Assembly (NCBI RefSeq): GCF_947568905.1
Contig: NC_079169.1
Span: forward strand, 52,762,001-52,826,000
Length of the DNA stretch: 64,000 nucleotides
Direction: 5' to 3'
Source: Ostrea edulis
Taxonomy: Eukaryota
Positions 60,390 through 64,000 of this stretch are shown in pieces. Every line of letters begins with the position of its first letter. Position 1 is the stretch's first letter. The translations under genes were made by a program, and so were the position numbers. The notes under the pieces are model-generated. The model was not told the origin of the DNA, searched no databases, and saw nothing but the letters and a program-made list of their open reading frames with translations.

Positions 60390-60725
60390 CAGGGGTTCAA
60401 CAGTCAAGTTTAAAATCAGCATTTTGTAAATTCTGTGGTCGTTAGTTTGCTGATACAACATGTCATTGAGTCAAATGCTGTCTGACGTATTCCATACAAA
60501 TTGTTATGCCGTTCTTTACACACTGATTTTGAGTACGCATTACTACGTTTACAAGATCAAGATATAGGGCTCACGGCGGGATTGACCAGTCAAAAGGGGA
60601 TGCTTACTCCTCCTAGGCACCTGACCCCACCTGTGGTATGGCCAGGGGTCTGTATTTGCCCAGCTCTTTATTTCGTATATTCCTCATAGGAGTTTTGAGA
60701 TTGATCATTGTTCGTTATCTTTGCC
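60390..60725 (+). mobile_element. Penelope-like 3' fragment
   Basis: Family tail downstream of gene E. Confidence 0.65.
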
Positions 60726-60856
60726 TTTCCTTACTATCTTCCTCAGGTGAACGGAGTAATTCGCAGTCAAAGTTAGTAAACATGTTGATGATGCAACGTG
60801 TGTATCTTTCAAATTCGAAGAACGGAGTGGGTTTTAAATTTTGGGATCAATCATGA

Positions 60857-61372
60857 AAGGGGCATGAACACAATTTGAACTGAAATTTTTCAAATTCTAT
60901 TTTTTCATTTATTTGTTTGCATTGCTTAACTAAAGTATTTCTAATGGTCAACCAAAATTTGAACATAAGTTTTTTAGTTACATGCAAGATACAAGTCTTT
61001 GTTATGTAAACAAGGCTCGTGCCATGTCTTTGTTTACATATATACATGTATTGCTGAATAGAAAATAGCATGTTTAAAACAAAATGAGATGTGCTAAACA
61101 CTAGAATATATCTAATTATATTCAGAATTAACTCGTAAATTGAAAAATCTACTTAAAACGAACTTTTATTAGTATATATAACCTACGTAAACAAAAACAT
61201 GACACGAGCCTTGTTTACATAACAGAGAATTGTGGGCACTTTATATCTCATGTACCTTGACAACTGACATTCAATTTTTTGTTGACCATTAGAAATACCT
61301 TAGTTAAGCATTCTAAGCATTAAAAATGGAAAAATAAAATTTGAAAATTTTCAGCTCAAATCGTTCCCTTTA
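60857..61372. mobile_element. Foldback MITE (Kolobok-like AGGGG termini)
   Basis: About 200-bp imperfect inverted arms with TTAA-like flanks. Confidence 0.55.
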
Positions 61373-63599
61373 AATACTATCAGGTCATAGGCTACGTTTG
61401 TGTCAAGTATAACTTCTAAAGTCTCTTTATCACAGCGGTGTCGCCTATATACAAGTAGAGCGAAAGACATAGAATGGTCATTAACAGGCATAGTGATATC
61501 TACCAGCTGAATTTCATTTGCAGTGGATATTATTCAGAACTCAAGTTGATATCAGTATGCTCAGGAGTGAACATGAGAAGATTCTTCAAAATTCGAAGCT
61601 TTATCCCCCATAGATGATCTATATATAGCCCTGAGAAATAGCATACTTCTGTATGCTAGCTTTAAATCCCCGCCCTAACAACATATTTCCTGACCCAGGA
61701 GCCATGATTTTCACAAGTGTGGTAAAGACTTCTCTCTTCGTAGCATTATGTACTTAAGTTTTATTGTTTGATGTCTAGTAGTAAAATTGTGTTATAAAGA
61801 AATAATGCATTTTTCTCTATGTGAGTAACAACGTCCTACCCTAGCACCAGAACCCCTGGATCGGGGAGAATGAGTTTCACATTTCTTGTCAAGGCTTCTT
61901 TTTCTCTTTATGTACTCAGTACTTTTGTTTGATGTCCAGTATTTTTGTTTGATGTCCGGGAGTTAAGAAGTTACTGTACTTTCAGATTGGAACTTTAATG
62001 CCCGTCCTCGCACCAGAACCCCTAACTCAACAGCCATGGATTTAACAATTTTGGTACAGACTATACACAGTTTGTGTGCGTGATGCCCCTGAGTAAAGCA
62101 TGCGATTTTTACAAATTACATTATTTTTTAAAAGATTTTAAACCCCCAAACAGGGATGATGTTATAGAATTTACAATTTCAGTTTTCCTAACCCCTAAAA
62201 TATGTCATACAAAATTTCATGAAAATGGTAATTTTCTTACAGGAAACAAGTTGACTATTTTTTTTAAAAAACCCCCAAAAAACAACAACAAAAAAACAGA
62301 CGACCATTCCCTATGAATAATCGTAGTGACCTAGAATATAATTCAAATACCACTGATTGTTTTCTGACAAACTTTAGAAAATATATCATTAAATCTGTCC
62401 TTTGAGGAAACACTTTTTATTTTGGAGATATTTTTTTTTACATGTAGCATCCACAAGCCAAATTTTGAATTTACAATCTAGACTAACACTTATTTCCATA
62501 GTGATACACTGCGTAACATAATTTAACGTCAAATCTCTTGTAGACGATGTATCTATAGCTTTGCTTTCGTAATATTTACTGTGATCATTTCTATTCATTT
62601 CTCAATTCTGAATTTAAATAACGATATAACACTCGCTAAATATCGATCATGATAACGAGTCTTCCTCATCATACTTGGCTTAGATCAATTTCAACTATGT
62701 CGTTCATATAATTCAATTGTTTATTTGTCAGATTAGAATAAGTCTGCGTCACGTCATCGTCGTGTATTTCTTCAAAATTCAGTACAAGACATAAATGTTA
62801 AAAGGGGAGTTAACAAACACTCAACAGTGCTCAATTTGTAAAATCCTATAAATAAACAAGACGGCAAACACGGACCTCCAGAAACTAGATCAGTAAACCA
62901 TAACTGTAGAAGACCCGTCTCCAATATTAACCAGGACGCCTTCAATATTGACAAGGACGTCTCCAATATTGACCAGGACGTCATGTGCACATGTCAGTAC
63001 TAGATAAACCCTCCAAGATAATTTAGTAGAGCATGGAGGACTGATAAACACTGGTAGATAGGATACGAATAACTTAGCTTTCCCTTCCCGCGAAGTTATA
63101 TTGAATGATGTCAGAAGTTTAGTGTGAAATTCTGATTCCAAATTTAATTGAAACATCGGGGGGGGGGGGGGGGGGGGACCAGTTACTTTTAGCATTATGT
63201 TCATACAAACATTATACTGGTGAAAAGTAGCCATGTAATATATGTTATAGTCAGGGTTTCTTTCAACTTGTAAACAAATAGATATTAAACATGAAACATC
63301 AAATAAAGACACAACATGCATTCACAGTGTTTATTTGTTGTATTGGATACATGACCGAAAAGAGTTCAACTACGCCATACATGTGTGTGGAAGAATATGA
63401 GAACATGTGTTTAATTATTTTTGAGATTCATTTCTACAGACGGCAAATAGGGTATAAAAAAAACTGGTACCGGTGAATTATTGAACAGATTATTAAGAGC
63501 TGAATTGTGTCAGGTTTCAGAGTAAAAACAAACAATTTGGTAAGTGTTTTAAGCATTCAGTTGGTGATCTAATTCATCTACATCATGTCCATATCAGGT

Positions 63600-63684
63600 T
63601 TAAAGATAAGGGTAGAAATCTTCATCGTTGTATCCATGGAAACCTTGGTATCTTTTGTTCCAGCTCCCTCGTTTCGCCGCACAT
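63600..63684 (-). CDS. Candidate terminal coding exon (CAAKRGSWNKRYQGFHGYNDEDFYPYL*) of a gene extending beyond the window
   Basis: Strong acceptor TTTCATCTTGTTTCTTTCAG. The phase-2 frame gives a KR-flanked tetrapeptide. AATAAA on the minus strand at 63330-63335. Other frames are also briefly open. Confidence 0.35.
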
Positions 63685-63739
63685 CTGAAAGAAACAAGAT
63701 GAAATAGCTTTCAGTGAAATTCCACAAACCTTTCTATGT

Positions 63740-63965
63740 ATGGCGCTCGAAGTCGTTGTTTAAAAGACTTCTACCATGACCCGGGATCTCCGTTTTAAAG
63801 GTCATATCCGAAAAACCCGTGAGGTTTATTCATGATACCGGGTGCTTCGCAAGGGGACAGTCAGTTTCTATATTCAAACTTCATAGGTTTGACAGAGCGC
63901 CGGGATCGAGAATCGGACACCCCCCTCCCCTCGTAGTGAGGCCAGCTCCCTCACCACTAGCCTTC
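63740..63965 (-). mobile_element. Degenerate tRNA-derived SINE
   Basis: Similar to the 8235 family on the reverse strand. Confidence 0.5.
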
Positions 63966-64000
63966 TGCAACCGGTGGAATAACGAAATACAGGATCTCTA

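Overview
AT-rich, intron-containing animal genomic DNA. The SINE, Penelope-like, Helentron-type and MITE landscape and the gene content point to a bivalve mollusc, probably an oyster (inference). Genes were reconstructed by hand from GT/GC-AG junctions and reading phase. (1) MYG1, 7 coding exons, + strand. (2) Two tandem paralogues on the - strand encoding about 1100-1170 aa secreted proteins: signal peptide, two Lustrin-type Cys-rich domains, then one giant exon with 24 six-Cys Pro/Lys/Tyr-rich repeats; one paralogue ends in a His/Gly tail. (3) A divergently oriented 578-aa secreted protein with 10 alternating six-Cys modules. (4) Two dermatopontin/haemagglutinin-amoebocyte-aggregation-factor (DERM) paralogues, one with a damaged first exon and one with no ATG at the expected start. 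(5) A possible terminal exon carrying a KR-GSWN-KR motif. Non-genic highlights are a minimal type-I hammerhead ribozyme, a 2.9-kb CAC-ended element with a 5-bp TSD (Transib-like) carrying decayed C2H2 fingers, a multi-layer nested TE stack, and four tandem duplications that copy real splice sites. There is no CRISPR array, rRNA gene or intact tRNA gene. Family names come from motif recognition only; no database search was run.
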